Shown: in pieces, positions 1-12,313 of the stretch
How the letters are laid out: every line of letters begins with the position of its first letter
Position numbering within the stretch: the first letter of the stretch is position 1
Origin: Octopus sinensis
Taxonomy: Eukaryota
Length of the DNA: 64,000 nt
Reading direction: 5' to 3'
Assembly: GCF_006345805.1 (NCBI RefSeq)
Contig: NC_043005.1
Span: 70,928,001-70,992,000 of the forward strand
The notes under the pieces: model-generated
What the model saw: the letters and a program-made list of their open reading frames with translations, nothing else
Told to the model about the DNA's origin: nothing
The model's database searches: none
Position numbers and translations under genes: made by a program

Positions 1-8
1 GCTTTTGG

Positions 9-200
9 TTGTGGTGGTGGTTTTGGTGGTGGTGGAGGACAGTGGTATCAACAATTGTGGTAATGATAGTGGTGGATAGTGACAATGGTGCTGGTATTGG
101 TGGTGCTGCTACTGGTAGCAGTGGTTCAGGTGATAGTAGAGCTGCTGCTGCTGCTGCTGGTGTTGATATGACGCTGGTGTTAACAATAGTTATATCTACC
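9..200. repeat. (GGT)n/(GCT)n low-complexity trinucleotide repeat
   Basis: Degenerate GGT/GAT/GCT runs. Confidence 0.85.
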
Positions 201-224
201 ATAAGATGACAAGATGGCAGCATC

Positions 225-1335
225 ATTAGCCCGCCAAGCAAAATGCTTAGCAGCTGGTCATCCATCTTTATGCTTCAAGTTCAAATTCCATCAAGGTCAA
301 AATTGCTTTTCATCTTTTTGAGATCAATAAAATAAGTACCATTTGATTATTGGGGTCGGCATCATCGATTTATTTCCTCAATGAAAATTACAGACCTTGT
401 GCTAAAATTTGAAACATCATCATCATCATCGTTTAACGAAGCTAGCATGGGTTGGACGATTTGACTAAGGACTGGCAAACCAGATGGCTGCACCAGGCTC
501 CAATCTTCATCTGGCAGAATTTCTACAGCTGGATGCCCTTTAACGCCAACCACTCTGAGAGTGTAGTGGGTGCTTTTAAGTGCCACCGGCTTGAGGGCCA
601 GTCAGGCAGTACTGATAATGGCCATGCTCAAATCGTGTGTTTTTTACATGCCACCTGCACAGGAGCCAATCCAGCAGCACTGGCAGCCAATATTCATATC
701 TATTTTAAGATGGCGAGCAGGCAAAATCTTTTGCCCGCCAGGTAAATTACCTGACAGCATTTCATCTGTTTTATGTTCTGAGTTCAAATTCCACCAAGGT
801 TGAATTTGCTGTTCATCCTTTTGGGGTTGATTTAAATAAGAACCAGTTTGAACAGTCGGGTCAACGTAATCAACTTACCCCTTTCTCAGAAGTATTTATG
901 GTCATGAAAGGCAATGAGCTGGCAGAATTGTTAGCATACTGGACAAAAGCTTAGTGGCATTTCATCCAAATTTCACCAAGGTAGACTTTGCCATTTCATC
1001 TTTTCACAGTCAGACCAATAAGTACCAGTTTGAACAGTGGGATCAATGTAATTGACTTACTTCTCCCTCGAAATTGCTGGCCTTGTGTCAAAAATATGAA
1101 ACCAATTTTACAATATGGCCCAAGGTGGCAAGCTAGCAGAATCATTAGCATACCAGACAGAATACTTTGTGACATTTCATCTCTGTTTACATTCTGAGTT
1201 CAAATGCCACCTAGGTCAACTTTAACTTTCATCCTTTCAGGGACAATAAAGTAAGTGCCAGTTGATAACTGGGGTTGATATAATTGATTTATCTCCTGCC
1301 ACGAAATTGCTGGCCTTGTGCCAAAGTTTGAAGCT
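225..1335 (+). mobile_element. Four degraded copies of tRNA-headed SINE family 1 (~225-365, 700-890, 915-1110, 1125-1335)
   Basis: Each has a B-box-like GAGTTCAAATTCC and the body GCYTTTCATCCTTT..GGGG(TC)GATAAAATAAGTACCAGTT, matching the clean copy at 38444-38677. Confidence 0.75.
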
Positions 1336-1547
1336 GATATTTATATTTATTGTTGGTAGTAACAGTTGTAAGTGTTGTGATGAAGAACGGCTGTGTTGTC
1401 ACAAAGGTGGTGAAGGTTGTATTATTTGCGATCGCCATACCATCATAAACCATGGCTGCACAGGGGGCTATTGCCTAAAGCAGGGGTTTCCAGACATTTT
1501 AGACCATCGATCTCCTTTCATGGGCTCTTTGACCCTTCCTAACCCAG

Positions 1548-1935
1548 GCATACTCTTTTACTTGTTTCAGTCATTTGACTGCAGCCATGCTGGAGCACTG
1601 CCTTTTAGTCAAGCAAATCGACCCCAGGACTTATTTTTGTACTTATTCTCTCGGTCTCTTATGCCGAACTGCTAAGTTACGCGGACATAAACACACCAAC
1701 ATCGGTTGTCAATTGATGTTTGGGGGGACAAACACAGACATACAAACATATACACACACATACATATCTATATATATACATATATATACGATGGGCTTCT
1801 TTCAGTTTCCATCTATCAAATCCACTCACAAGGCTTTGGTTGGCCCGAGGCTATAGTAGAAGACACTTGCCCAAGGTGCCACAGTGGGACTGAACCCAGA
1901 ACCATGTAGCTGGTAAGCAAGCTACTTACCACACG
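1548..1935 (-). mobile_element. SINE family 2 copy
   Basis: Reverse complement of the element at 2140 and 4671 (GGTTCAGTCCCACTG, CTTGGGCAAGTGTCTTC, internal (TA/CA)n, tail CAAATGACTGAAACAAGTAAAAGA). Confidence 0.8.
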
Positions 1936-2139
1936 AAAATAAAAGATAATAATAAATAATAATAATTAAGTAAATGTGCATTTACCCACTTCTTGAATAG
2001 TTCCATTGACCCTCCACTCACCCACTAGTGGTCGATGTCGACCACTTTGGAGACCCCTAGCCTAAAGGTTTCTTCCTCCCCCAATGAGATAGCATCCCAA
2101 TGGTAAATTATGTGTGCCACAGTTTGCAATCAATTAATA

Positions 2140-2252
2140 GGTGCAGGCGTGGCTGTGTGGTAAGTAGGTTCAGTCCCACTTCTCCTACAACCTCAAGCTG
2201 ACCAAGGGCTTGTGAGTGGATTTGAAAGATGGAAACTGAAAGAAGCCATCAC

Positions 2253-2283
<31 letters not shown>

Positions 2284-2505
2284 AGTGAGTGTGTGTGTTT
2301 GTGTGTCTGTATTCCCCCCACCCCCACAATCACTTGACAACCGATGTTAGTGTGTTCATGTCCCCATAACTTTGCGGTTCAGCAAAAGTGACTGACTGAT
2401 TAAGTACTAGGCTTACAAAGAATAAGTCCTGGGGTCGATTTGTTCCAGTAAAGGCAGTGCTCCAGCATGGCCTGCTCTCAAACGACTGAAACAAATAAAT
2501 AGAGG
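2140..2505 (+). mobile_element. SINE family 2 copy with internal (GT)n
   Basis: Head GGCGTGGCTGTGTGGTAAG, GGTTCAGTCCCAC, (GT)n at ~2255-2305, same tail as the other copies. Confidence 0.8.
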
Positions 2506-2739
2506 TGAAGTACCATACATTGATTTACTTAGAAAATCATTTATGTTGTTAAGATGACTCTCAGTGGTAGCAGCTATTGAGATACTGATGGTTGTGATGT
2601 CATCATTAATGGTGGGGGTCATCAGTGATAGTGAGCAAGGGTTTCTGATGGTTGTTGTTGTTGTTATTTAAAACCCAGGCCTTCACTGATCGAAAAGATG
2701 TTGTTTCTCATTAAAATAGCAGAGTTTGATAGAAAAGTA

Positions 2740-3800
2740 TTTGGTTACTGTTTCTAGCTTATCAAGCAACTGTGTTGTTGTTGTTGTTGCCCTATTGATT
2801 TATGTAATGTTTGTGTTGGCATCGTTGGTGGTAGTGGGGGCAATGGTGACAGAGATAATGATGATTGTAGGGGATCTGCTGCTGCTGCTGATGATGATGA
2901 TGATAATTAGACTGGTTATGATTAGGATGGCAACAGTTTTAATGCTGATGATTTGGTGGTGATGGTGGTGGTGAAAGTGGTGGTGAAGGTAGTGGAGATG
3001 GTGGTGGTGAACAAAGACAATGATGATGGTGGTGGTGGTGGTCTTGATGGTGGTGATGATGATGATGATGAAGATAGTTGTGGTGGTGGTGGTGATGGAG
3101 ATAATTATGATGATGAGGAGGAGGAAGAGGAGAATGGGAAAAGGAGGGGAGGAGAAGGAGGAAGAGGGGAGAAGGAGGAAGAGGGGAGGAGGAAGAGGGG
3201 AGAGGAAGAGGGGAGAAGGAGGAAGAGGGGAGAAGGAGGAAGAGGGGAGAGAGGAGGAAGAGGAGGAGGAGATTGATAGTAATAAACGTGATGCAGATGT
3301 TGCTGCTTCTGTTGGTGCCATTGCTATTGCTGCTGCTGCTACTGATGATGATGATGACGATGATGATTACAAGAATCTAATAAATTCATTAATCATCAAA
3401 CGAGCAATAAATGAACAAAGCAAATAAAAGCGAATTAAACAACTTTCAATAATTAACAAACCTAAATTCAGAAATGCTTTTCAAATTATTTTTCCAGAAG
3501 TAACATCATCATCACCATCATCATCATCATCCTCATCATCATCATCATTGACATCATCGTTCTTCTCATTCTCTTCCTCCTCTTCCATATCATCATTATT
3601 GTCATCATCATCATCAACGTTCTTATTATCCTTAGCATCCTTACCACCATAATCCTTATCAGCAGCAGCATCACCACCATCCATCATTGTCTCCACCGTC
3701 ACCACAACCACCATCACCACAACCACCATCATTATAATCGTTACAGTACATCATCATCACCATCATCATCAGTATTAATCTCATTATCAACAACAACAAA
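2740..3800. repeat. Compound microsatellite (GAT/GGT/GAG, then CAT/CAC)
   Basis: Direct inspection; explains the poly-M/V/I/D/E ORFs in the track. Confidence 0.9.
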
Positions 3801-4670
3801 GACAAATATCAAATGGTCAAATATTTTCTCTTAATGGTTTTCATCTTTTCTAATTACACATATGGTTGTTTGTCTGTGTTTTTAAAATGTTATATTTATT
3901 GTCCTTGTTGCTGTTTTGTAGCTCCAAGGTTAGCTCTGATCAAACAGAGTTAAAACCAAATGCATTCCAACCATGACCACCCCTGTTTTTCTCATACGCA
4001 GTGTAATTCTGCAAAAAAAAACATTGTCCATATTTTTATCTGTTACCATGAACTTGTGTGTATGTGTGCGTATTTACCTTATCTGTGTGTGTCCGTGTGC
4101 ATTTCTATCTATGTTTGTATTTGCGTGTACATTTGTCTCTGTATGTGTGTGCGTGTGCATGCTAAAAGGAGAATGTCTTGCCATAAAACCAGTTCAAGAT
4201 GAAACAAAAAATATGATTGTGATTTTCTCTGCTTCAGTGTATGCTAGTGCTACTCAAAGCGGTCCACAGACCAGTGCTGATCCATGAGCCATCAGCTGCC
4301 AGCACACAGTGAGTTTCCAGAAAGAAACATTATAACATGCTTATATAATATTATATTATTTGTTTACAAAATAAATATAAGATAAAAAAAACTTGACAAC
4401 TTTAATTATATTCATTATATATATATATACATATATATATACATATATATATATATATATTATTTCTGGTATAAATTAATATTACTAAGAATATTACAGT
4501 TCCTTGGCACACTGGAAAAAAATGCTGGTATGCCACATCAGATAGTTTGAGAAACACTGGTGTACCATACAGCAGTAGGCTACAAGTGGTGAGGCACATT
4601 GAGACCCATAAGAAGTCTTGACAATAGGTGAATGCTACGTGATACATTGCTATCCAAACATATATGGAAA

Positions 4671-5055
4671 AAGGCATGGCTGTGTGGTAAGCTTGCATCC
4701 CAACCACATTGTTCTGGGTTCAGTCCCACTGCATAACATCTTGGGCAAGTGTCTTCAACTATAACCTTAGGCTGACCAAAGCCTTGTGAGTAGATTTGGT
4801 AGACGGAAACTGAATGGAGCCCGTCGCATATGTATGTGTATTTGTGTCTGCGTTTGTCCTCCCCACCATTGTCTGACAACCGATTTTGGTGTGTTTATGT
4901 CCTTATAAGTTAGCAGTTCGGCAAAGAAACCCGATAAAATAAGTATTAGGCCTACAAGGAATATATCCTAAGTTTGATTTGTTCCACTAAAGAAGGTGCT
5001 CCGGCATTGCAACGGCCAAATGACTAAAACAAGTAAAAGAAAAAAGAATAAAAAT
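4671..5055 (+). mobile_element. SINE family 2 copy
   Basis: Near full-length match to 2140-2505. Confidence 0.8.
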
Positions 5056-5070
5056 GCTGATGCTGCAAAC

Positions 5071-7565
5071 TGTTGTGACGAGAGTCATTGACACCCCTAG
5101 GGAATTGGATGAATGGACAAGCCGAACACTTATAAAGAGTGGCGTATGCTTGAGACAAGAGGTTTGGTAGGAGTCGTTGAGAGAGCATTTTGGAGTCTCG
5201 CAAAGTACGTCATGTGAACACATTGATTTTACATTCGCTCTGTTAGATTATATATCCAACGTCTGTCTAGCATATAAAAGTGGCAACGAAATATTCGAAG
5301 CTTGCGTCGGACGTAAAAATTGGGTTTTCGTACGAAATCGAAGAAAAAAATCATTAACATGGAAGACTTAGTGGCTTGCATGATGTACTTACAACAACTA
5401 CAAGTTACTGGAAGTAATGTTGAAGAAATCTGAAAATACTTTAGGTTCTCGTCAGACGGCGTAGCAAACCCAACTGGAGAATTTATTTATAATCCAGAAA
5501 CTACTGTTTTTTGAGCATATTTTAGAAGATGCGAAGAAATCTTCAAAGAAGAATATGAAAATTGGAATGACGAGAAGGTGCGACTACTTTTAAAAAAGTT
5601 ATAACCTGCCGAACACGAAAAATACTGTAATTATATTCTGCCGAAGAAAAAGAGTTTAAAAAATTTCTCCTGAAGTTTTTTTTTTTTTTTTCTGGTGAAT
5701 TAGGTCTTTGCACCAAAGCAGGCGAAATTTCAACCGAAAGAAAACGCTATACCGGTATTTAAACCAAAACGAAGGGTATCTTTCGCAGTGTTGAAACAAG
5801 TCAACGAAGAATTGGATAGACTTGAAATTTGATTACTCAAAATAGATATCCACAACAGTTTATGCCAAGAAAAAAAAAAAGTAAAATCCGAGTATGCGCT
5901 GATTTTTCAACAAGATTAAAAGAATGTTTGATACCGTGTAATTTTCCGTTACCAAGTCCGGAGGAAATTTTCGCCAAGTTGAATGGAGGAAAATTTTTTC
6001 AAAATCTTATCTGAAGCATATTTGCTGGTGAAAGTCGATGAGGAGTGTTCAAAATTATTGACTATAAATACCCATAAAGGGCTGCATAAATTTAAACGCC
6101 TCCCCTTTGGTATAAAGGTAGCGTCTGGCATTTTCCAACAAATTATGGACATTATGCTCGCAAGTTCGGATTTTTCTGTAGCTTACATTGACGAGATACT
6201 CATAAAAAGTGAATCTCGGGGTCAGCATGCTGAGCATGTTAAAAAGGTCTTCGAAATAAAAGATTATGGGTTCAAGCTCAGCGAGGAAAAGTTTGAATTT
6301 TTTATGCCAAGAATAAAATATCTAGGGCAGAATGTTGATGAAAATGGACGCAAACCAGACCCATCTAGGGCGTATGCAATAAAAAAATATGCCTCTCCCG
6401 ACAAACATTACAGCGTTACAAGCATTTTTGAGGCTGGCAAATTACTACAAGGTATACATGCCGAATATGCACGATTTAAGAACACTCCTGAATAACTTGC
6501 TAAAAAAGCACGTTAACTGGAACTGGTAGGACAAATGCCAAACAGCTTTTGAAGAAATTAAAACGTCTTAACATCGGAATTGTTGCTATTCCGTTTTGAC
6601 CACAATTTAGAAATAGTAGTGGCAGCAGATGCTAGTGAAATTTACACAAATATGAAGATGGTAGCCTGAAAGCAGTAGCTCATGCTTCGCATTAATTATT
6701 GTTGGCTGAGAAAGGTTAGTCAAATAGAAAAAGAGGCATTAGCCATCATATCTGCGGTAAAAAAAATTCTATAAATTTATACATAGAAGAAGTATCCATT
6801 TGCAGGCAGACCACCCATTATTGTCGATCTATGGATCAAAAACCGAGTATCCTTACACATACAGCCAACAGATTGCAGAGCCGGGGAACGACCCTACTGG
6901 ATTACGACTCCAAAAGAGAATATTTGCCATCGAAAAAATTGGGACATGCAGATGTTTTGTCAAGGTTAATACCAAAATGCAGTGAACCACTAGAAAATAG
7001 TGATAAAGGCGTTAAAACCGAAAATGAAATAAAAAATATATTGTGCCTGTGACATTCGAGGAAATAAAAATTAAGGCAGAGGCGGACGAGTTTACCGTAA
7101 AAATGAAAAAAAAAATAGTGAGATCAGAAGAAACATAAAAAATACGTGTGGCTGGTAACATACTTTCGAATTTGTATTCGATATGTGATAATGTGCTTAT
7201 GTATGCAGAGAGGGTAGTAATGCCCACATTACTACAAGGTCGAATGTTAAAGGAATTCAATACCGGACATCCAGAAATTTCTAGAATGAAGTCGCTTGTG
7301 AGGAGTTATGTTTACTGGCCAAAAATGGATACAGATATTGAGAGGTTAGTAAAATCCTGCAGAGGTTGTGCTCTTGCAGCGAAATCACCAACTATAAAAT
7401 TTCAGCCTTGACCCAAGACCGATACTCCAAGGTCCAGGCTACACATATACTTTGCAGGACCGTTAAACCGATCTTATTATCTGATAGTGGTAGATAGCTT
7501 TACAAAATATCCAGAAATATGTAAATGTGGAAAACTGACAACCACGGTAACAGCGGAATTTCTGT
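5071..7565 (+). mobile_element. Degenerate Ty3/gypsy LTR retrotransposon (putative 5' LTR 5071-~5272, gag remnant, RT, RNase H, truncated integrase)
   Basis: RT fragments (LSEAYL, TINTHKGL..FKRLPFGIK, AYIDEILI, KYLG), RNase H remnant (VAADAS), integrase H2C2 (GHPEISRMKSLVRSYVYWP..CRGC); PBS-like TGGCAACGA at ~5280; many stops and frameshifts. Confidence 0.85.
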
Positions 7566-9590
7566 GTCCACTTCAACAACTTTCTCATCCATCTTTTTCC
7601 TTTCTTTTATTACTTTCTCTGTAAAAACACTTGGCTTGGTGGTTTGGGTATTCAGTTCACAATCGTAAGGTCATGAGTTCGATATTTGCAAAGTATCGTA
7701 TTACTCTTGAATATTGTCTTGATGTCATATGGGCCGCATATCTTTTGTATCTTTTCGGAGAGGCATTTCACATAGGGTAGACAGACTGGACAGTTGTCTA
7801 TTTAATAGAAATATCTAAATCCACTTTTAGTCACATGGGGATGTTTGGAATCCTTCCACACCATCTTTTTTGTATCATTTTAAATTTTAATTTTATGTCT
7901 TTTTAAAGTAATTGGCAGTTCATGTACGACATCACTCAAAACATTTTAAATATCATTTTACATTTACAGTATGTTCAAATGGTTCTGCATTTTTTGAAAT
8001 CAGTCTTGATAAACTATCCACATGACCTAATTTCTTCGTTGGTATAGACTCCATCTTGAAATCATAGTTTAATAATATCGTAGCTAAACGTTGTGACATT
8101 CTAGTAGTATAGGGTTGAAGTCCTTTTTTCGACCCAAATATTGATAATAATGGACGATGATCAGTCTACAGACGAAAACTTCTAACATGTAAAAATCTGT
8201 CAAATCTTTCATGACAAAAATAATCGCTAATTCCTCTTTTTCGATTAGACTATAATTTTTATCTGCTGAGATCAGAGAATGTGAGGCATGAACCATCACC
8301 TCCATAGAGTCATCTTTATATTTATGCAACATCACTGCTCCTACACTGCACTCGGAAGCATCTGAAGCTACAATAATCTTTGCTGCAGGATCGAAGTATG
8401 TTAACGATAAATCAGATGTTAGTATTTTTTTAATATTTTGTAAAACGCCTTTTGACAATTTCCCGACCAATTCCATTTCATATCTTTTTTGGTATATTAT
8501 TCAGTACAACCTTCATCTTGTGCTTATTTGGAATATAATTTTGGTAATACTTTGCCACTCCTAAAAATGGTTGTCGGAAGGGGCATATTTCTAATTGGGT
8601 TGGTCGACATCCATTTCTGTCAGCGATTTGCCCTTAATATCTTGTTTTCGGTTAGAAAAATCCACACTTTTCTTCGCTCAAGGTAAAGACGTAATCCCTA
8701 ATTTTTCAAACACATATTTTACATGCTTTGCGTGTTGATCCCTGGATTCGCTTTAATGAGTAGTTCATCCAGATATGGAATTACGAATTCACTGTCTGCT
8801 AACATTGCATCTATAATCTGTTGAAAAATCACTGGTCCGACTTTTAAGCCAAATGGTAACCTGTTGCATTTATACAGTCCTTTATGTGTGTTGATTGTTA
8901 GGTAATTATAGCATTCATCACCTGCTTTAATTTGTAGGTACGCGTCAGACAGATCCAATTTAGAAAATATCTTGTCACCGTTTAATTTCGCAAACATATC
9001 CTCCGGAGTAGGGAGCAGATAGTAATTTCTTTATTACGATTATACAATCGTTTACATAGAATTACAAATACATAACATACATGCAAAACAAATAATTAAG
9101 AGGTTCGATTAAAAAATTTTCCATAACATTTGGATTAAAAAATTCGTCTATAAATTGTCCTTTACGTGACCAATAGAATCTTATCACAGTTCATAACCTT
9201 TCGATCTTACCGAAGTTTCAAACCCCGGCAATTTATAAGGCCCCGCAGCTTTTGTTTCCTCTCCTCCCTCCATAGTTAAGCTGGGTTTCTGACACCCACC
9301 TTTTTTTCCACTTCCTTCCATCTTTTCTCATACACACCCCGTGGTAAGTTCCTCTTTTCCAGCCCCATTTTGCTCTTCAGATGATATCTGAAGTAAGTGA
9401 GCAAGCCGCCGCCCGAGACAAAGGATCCTATCGCGACTCCTTCCATTCTTGTTCTCCACATGCATTCTTTTACTACTGCAACCGTGCAGTGAAAACATGC
9501 CTCACCTTCCTTCGAGAGTCCAGTTGGCGGTATCATCTTAATCATAGACTCAGCCGACAGCTGTACTCGTCCCAGAAGCGATAACACGTG

Positions 9591-10407
9591 ATTTTATTAT
9601 TACCCACAAGTAGCGAACATAGAGGGGACAATACAATCGGGGAACTTAAAATAAGAAAGCGAATGACAAGAAAAGGAAAAAAATAAAAGGAAAAAATGAC
9701 ATATGAAAGAATATTTACAATGAGATGTAAATGCCCACTCGATCCCCGGAATCGAGAGGTTACATTTTCGTCACATATATTTCACAATATTTTCTTTTTC
9801 CTCTTCTTTCTTCTCTCTCTTCTCACAATTCTATACATATTCCATGATAGCTTTCAATTTTCTAAAGTCCATCACTGAGCCCTCAGGCAGCCGCTCTCTC
9901 ACTCGAACACTCGTGTAAAACGTTACACTCTGCAATTTCTTCCGTTGCACATCTCACCTCCACCGTACCAAATTTCTTGCCTCTACTCACGTAAGTTGAT
10001 TTCCCCATTATGTCTCCCAGACATTTTTCGATTTCTGCTATCTCCACTCTTGCCAGTTTCTTCGTATTTTTGTCTTGGGTTCTATATGTCACTGTCTTGT
10101 TTTCTTTGTCCTCTTTTGCTTTCGCGGGGGGGATTAGCTTCACGCTATCACCCTCCCTTTTGAAGAGCTTTTCATATTCTTTGAGTTTACTCTTCTCAAA
10201 GAAAACATCCTTCACGATTATCGACGAATCATTATTTTTTTTTCCCGTGACCCCCGCGTAAGTCGCCATGACTAGAGGGTCAATTCACCTTCTTCAGAAC
10301 GTTTCCACACGTGGAGGCAAACGCCTCGCGCGATAATAATCAATTTACACAGAACAAAGTTTCACTGTCTAGTCACAGATAACAACACGTATAGCTTGGA
10401 GCCACGT
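9591..10407 (-). mobile_element. Short ORF1-only unit with truncated ORF1 (128 aa, 9883-10269)
   Basis: MATYAGV..KKFGTVEVRC N-terminus homologous to the ORF at 11001-12179; conserved 3' tail at 9591-9645; no ORF2. Confidence 0.8.
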
Positions 10408-12313
10408 TGTTTTATTATTACCCACTAGTTGCTACATAGATGGGACAATACAATCGGGAAAATGAATAATGAATTATGAAGTTTGTACAATGTGGTGCAA
10501 TGCCCACTCGATCCCCGAAATCGAGCGGTTACATTTCGTCAATTAATTTTGTTCGTCAACAATATTTTCAAATAAAACATTTTATACATTTTCAACATAC
10601 ATTTCAAAAAGTTTTACAAAGTTCAACATTTCTTTTTTTTTTTTTCAGAATTTAAAGTTCTTTTTATCATTTCCAAATTAAGTTTTCACAATACCTTTTC
10701 TTTTATATATACTCCATTATGTCTACCAAATCTGAGTAAACTTCCATTGTTCGAGGCCACCTTGTAAGTCGGCATTTCATATGTTTTGACACGTTCTCGC
10801 CAGCTGCCTCGATGAACGCCTCGGCGTCGTTCTCGTGGACGAGTGCACCTGTTTCTTTCCATTCGGTGCCCATCCTGACCCACGTATATCCTTTTGTTGC
10901 GCTTATTAAATCTTCCATCTCCTCACAGTGCCTGTGATGGATCAACGTTCCATAGTATTTGAATTTTCTATTCGTACATACGTTTTCTCTAGTTTTTCTC
11001 TTAGGACTTACTTCCTCTTTTTCTCCTCCCTCGGTTTCTCTCTTTCTCTCTTTTGCTTTCTCTTTCTTTTTCCTTCTCTTGTCTTTTTGGCTCTTTGTCT
11101 GCCGTCTCTCTACCCTGTGCCTTAAGTTCCTTTCCTGTTGTTTCTTTTCCTTTTTGTATACCATCTTTTCCTTTCTCTTGGTTCTGTTCCTTCTTTTGTT
11201 CTTTTCCTGCTTTTTCTCTTCCCTTTAATGTACTTTCCTTTTCTTTCTCTTTCTTCTGCCTTGGCTCCTTCTCCACTACTTCTGCACCCTGTGAATTTTG
11301 CTCCTTTTCTACTATCTTCTTCCCTTTGTTTTCATTTTCCTTCAGTGCGCTGTTACTTCCCTTCTCTTGTTGTTTCTCCGTTATTTCCTTTTCCTTGTTT
11401 TCGCTGTTCTTTCCTTCGTGTTCGTTTTCCTTCTCTCCACTTTGTGTCTCTTTTTGCTCCGCTGTGAATTCATACAGCGGACATTCCTTTTTTATGTGCC
11501 CTCTTGAACCGCACAGGTAGCAATTCGGTTTTCTGCCTTCCACTATTACACTAATTGTCTTCTCGTTTTCTATTTCTATTTGGAAGGGAAATCTTTCGAT
11601 GTCTTCCATTGTGGCCATTAGCCATAACTCTACTCCGTATCCCTTCCAATTTACAACGTTCGACTCCTTAATTGACCCTATTTCTACTTCCTCTTTTGCT
11701 GCCCCAATAATGGCTGTTACCAGCATTTCTGTTTTAATATTTGGGGGCACCTTTGGGACTCTTACCCGTACCCCTCGTCTTCCTTTATACGTCGGCCACA
11801 TGGTGAAATTTTCCGCTTTCAGGACAGTGGAAGCCAATGAGGCCGCCACTTCCTTTGTTGCGCATCTCACCTCCACCGTACCATATTTCTTTCCTCTGTC
11901 TACAAAAGTCGCTTTTTTCATGATGTCCCCCAGACATTTCTCTATTTCTTCAATCGTCACTCTCACCAGTTTTCTCGTGTTTCTATCTTGCGTTCTATAC
12001 GTTATCGTCTTGTTAATTTTTTCTTCTATTGTTTCCACAGGCGGGACCAGCTTCACGCTGTCACCCTCCCTTTTGACGAACTTCTCGTATTCCTTCAATT
12101 GTTCTTTTCTAAAGAACACTTCTCTTATTCTAAGAGACTCGTCACTTTTTGTTGTGGCGACCCCCGCGTAAGTCTCCATGACTTGAGGGTCGACACACCT
12201 TCTATAAAAGGTTCAAACACGCAGCGGCAAAACGCCTCGCGCGATTCAATTTTTGACAACTTTTAACCGTCTTTTTTCAATTTTCACATATAAAATAACT
12301 CACAACACACGTA
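10408..12313 (-). mobile_element. ORF1-only (HAL1-like) element; ORF1 12179 to ~10686 with frameshifts
   Basis: 392-aa ORF with TYAGV, KKYGTVEVRC and CYLCGSRGHIKKEC knuckle, continuing in other frames; then U-rich UTR and conserved tail; no ORF2. Confidence 0.85.

Noticed and set aside
2726-3732. Long low-complexity ORFs (poly-M/V/I/E/D), also at 9-209 and 61139-62734
   Set aside because: They are translations of microsatellites, with no domain or splice evidence.
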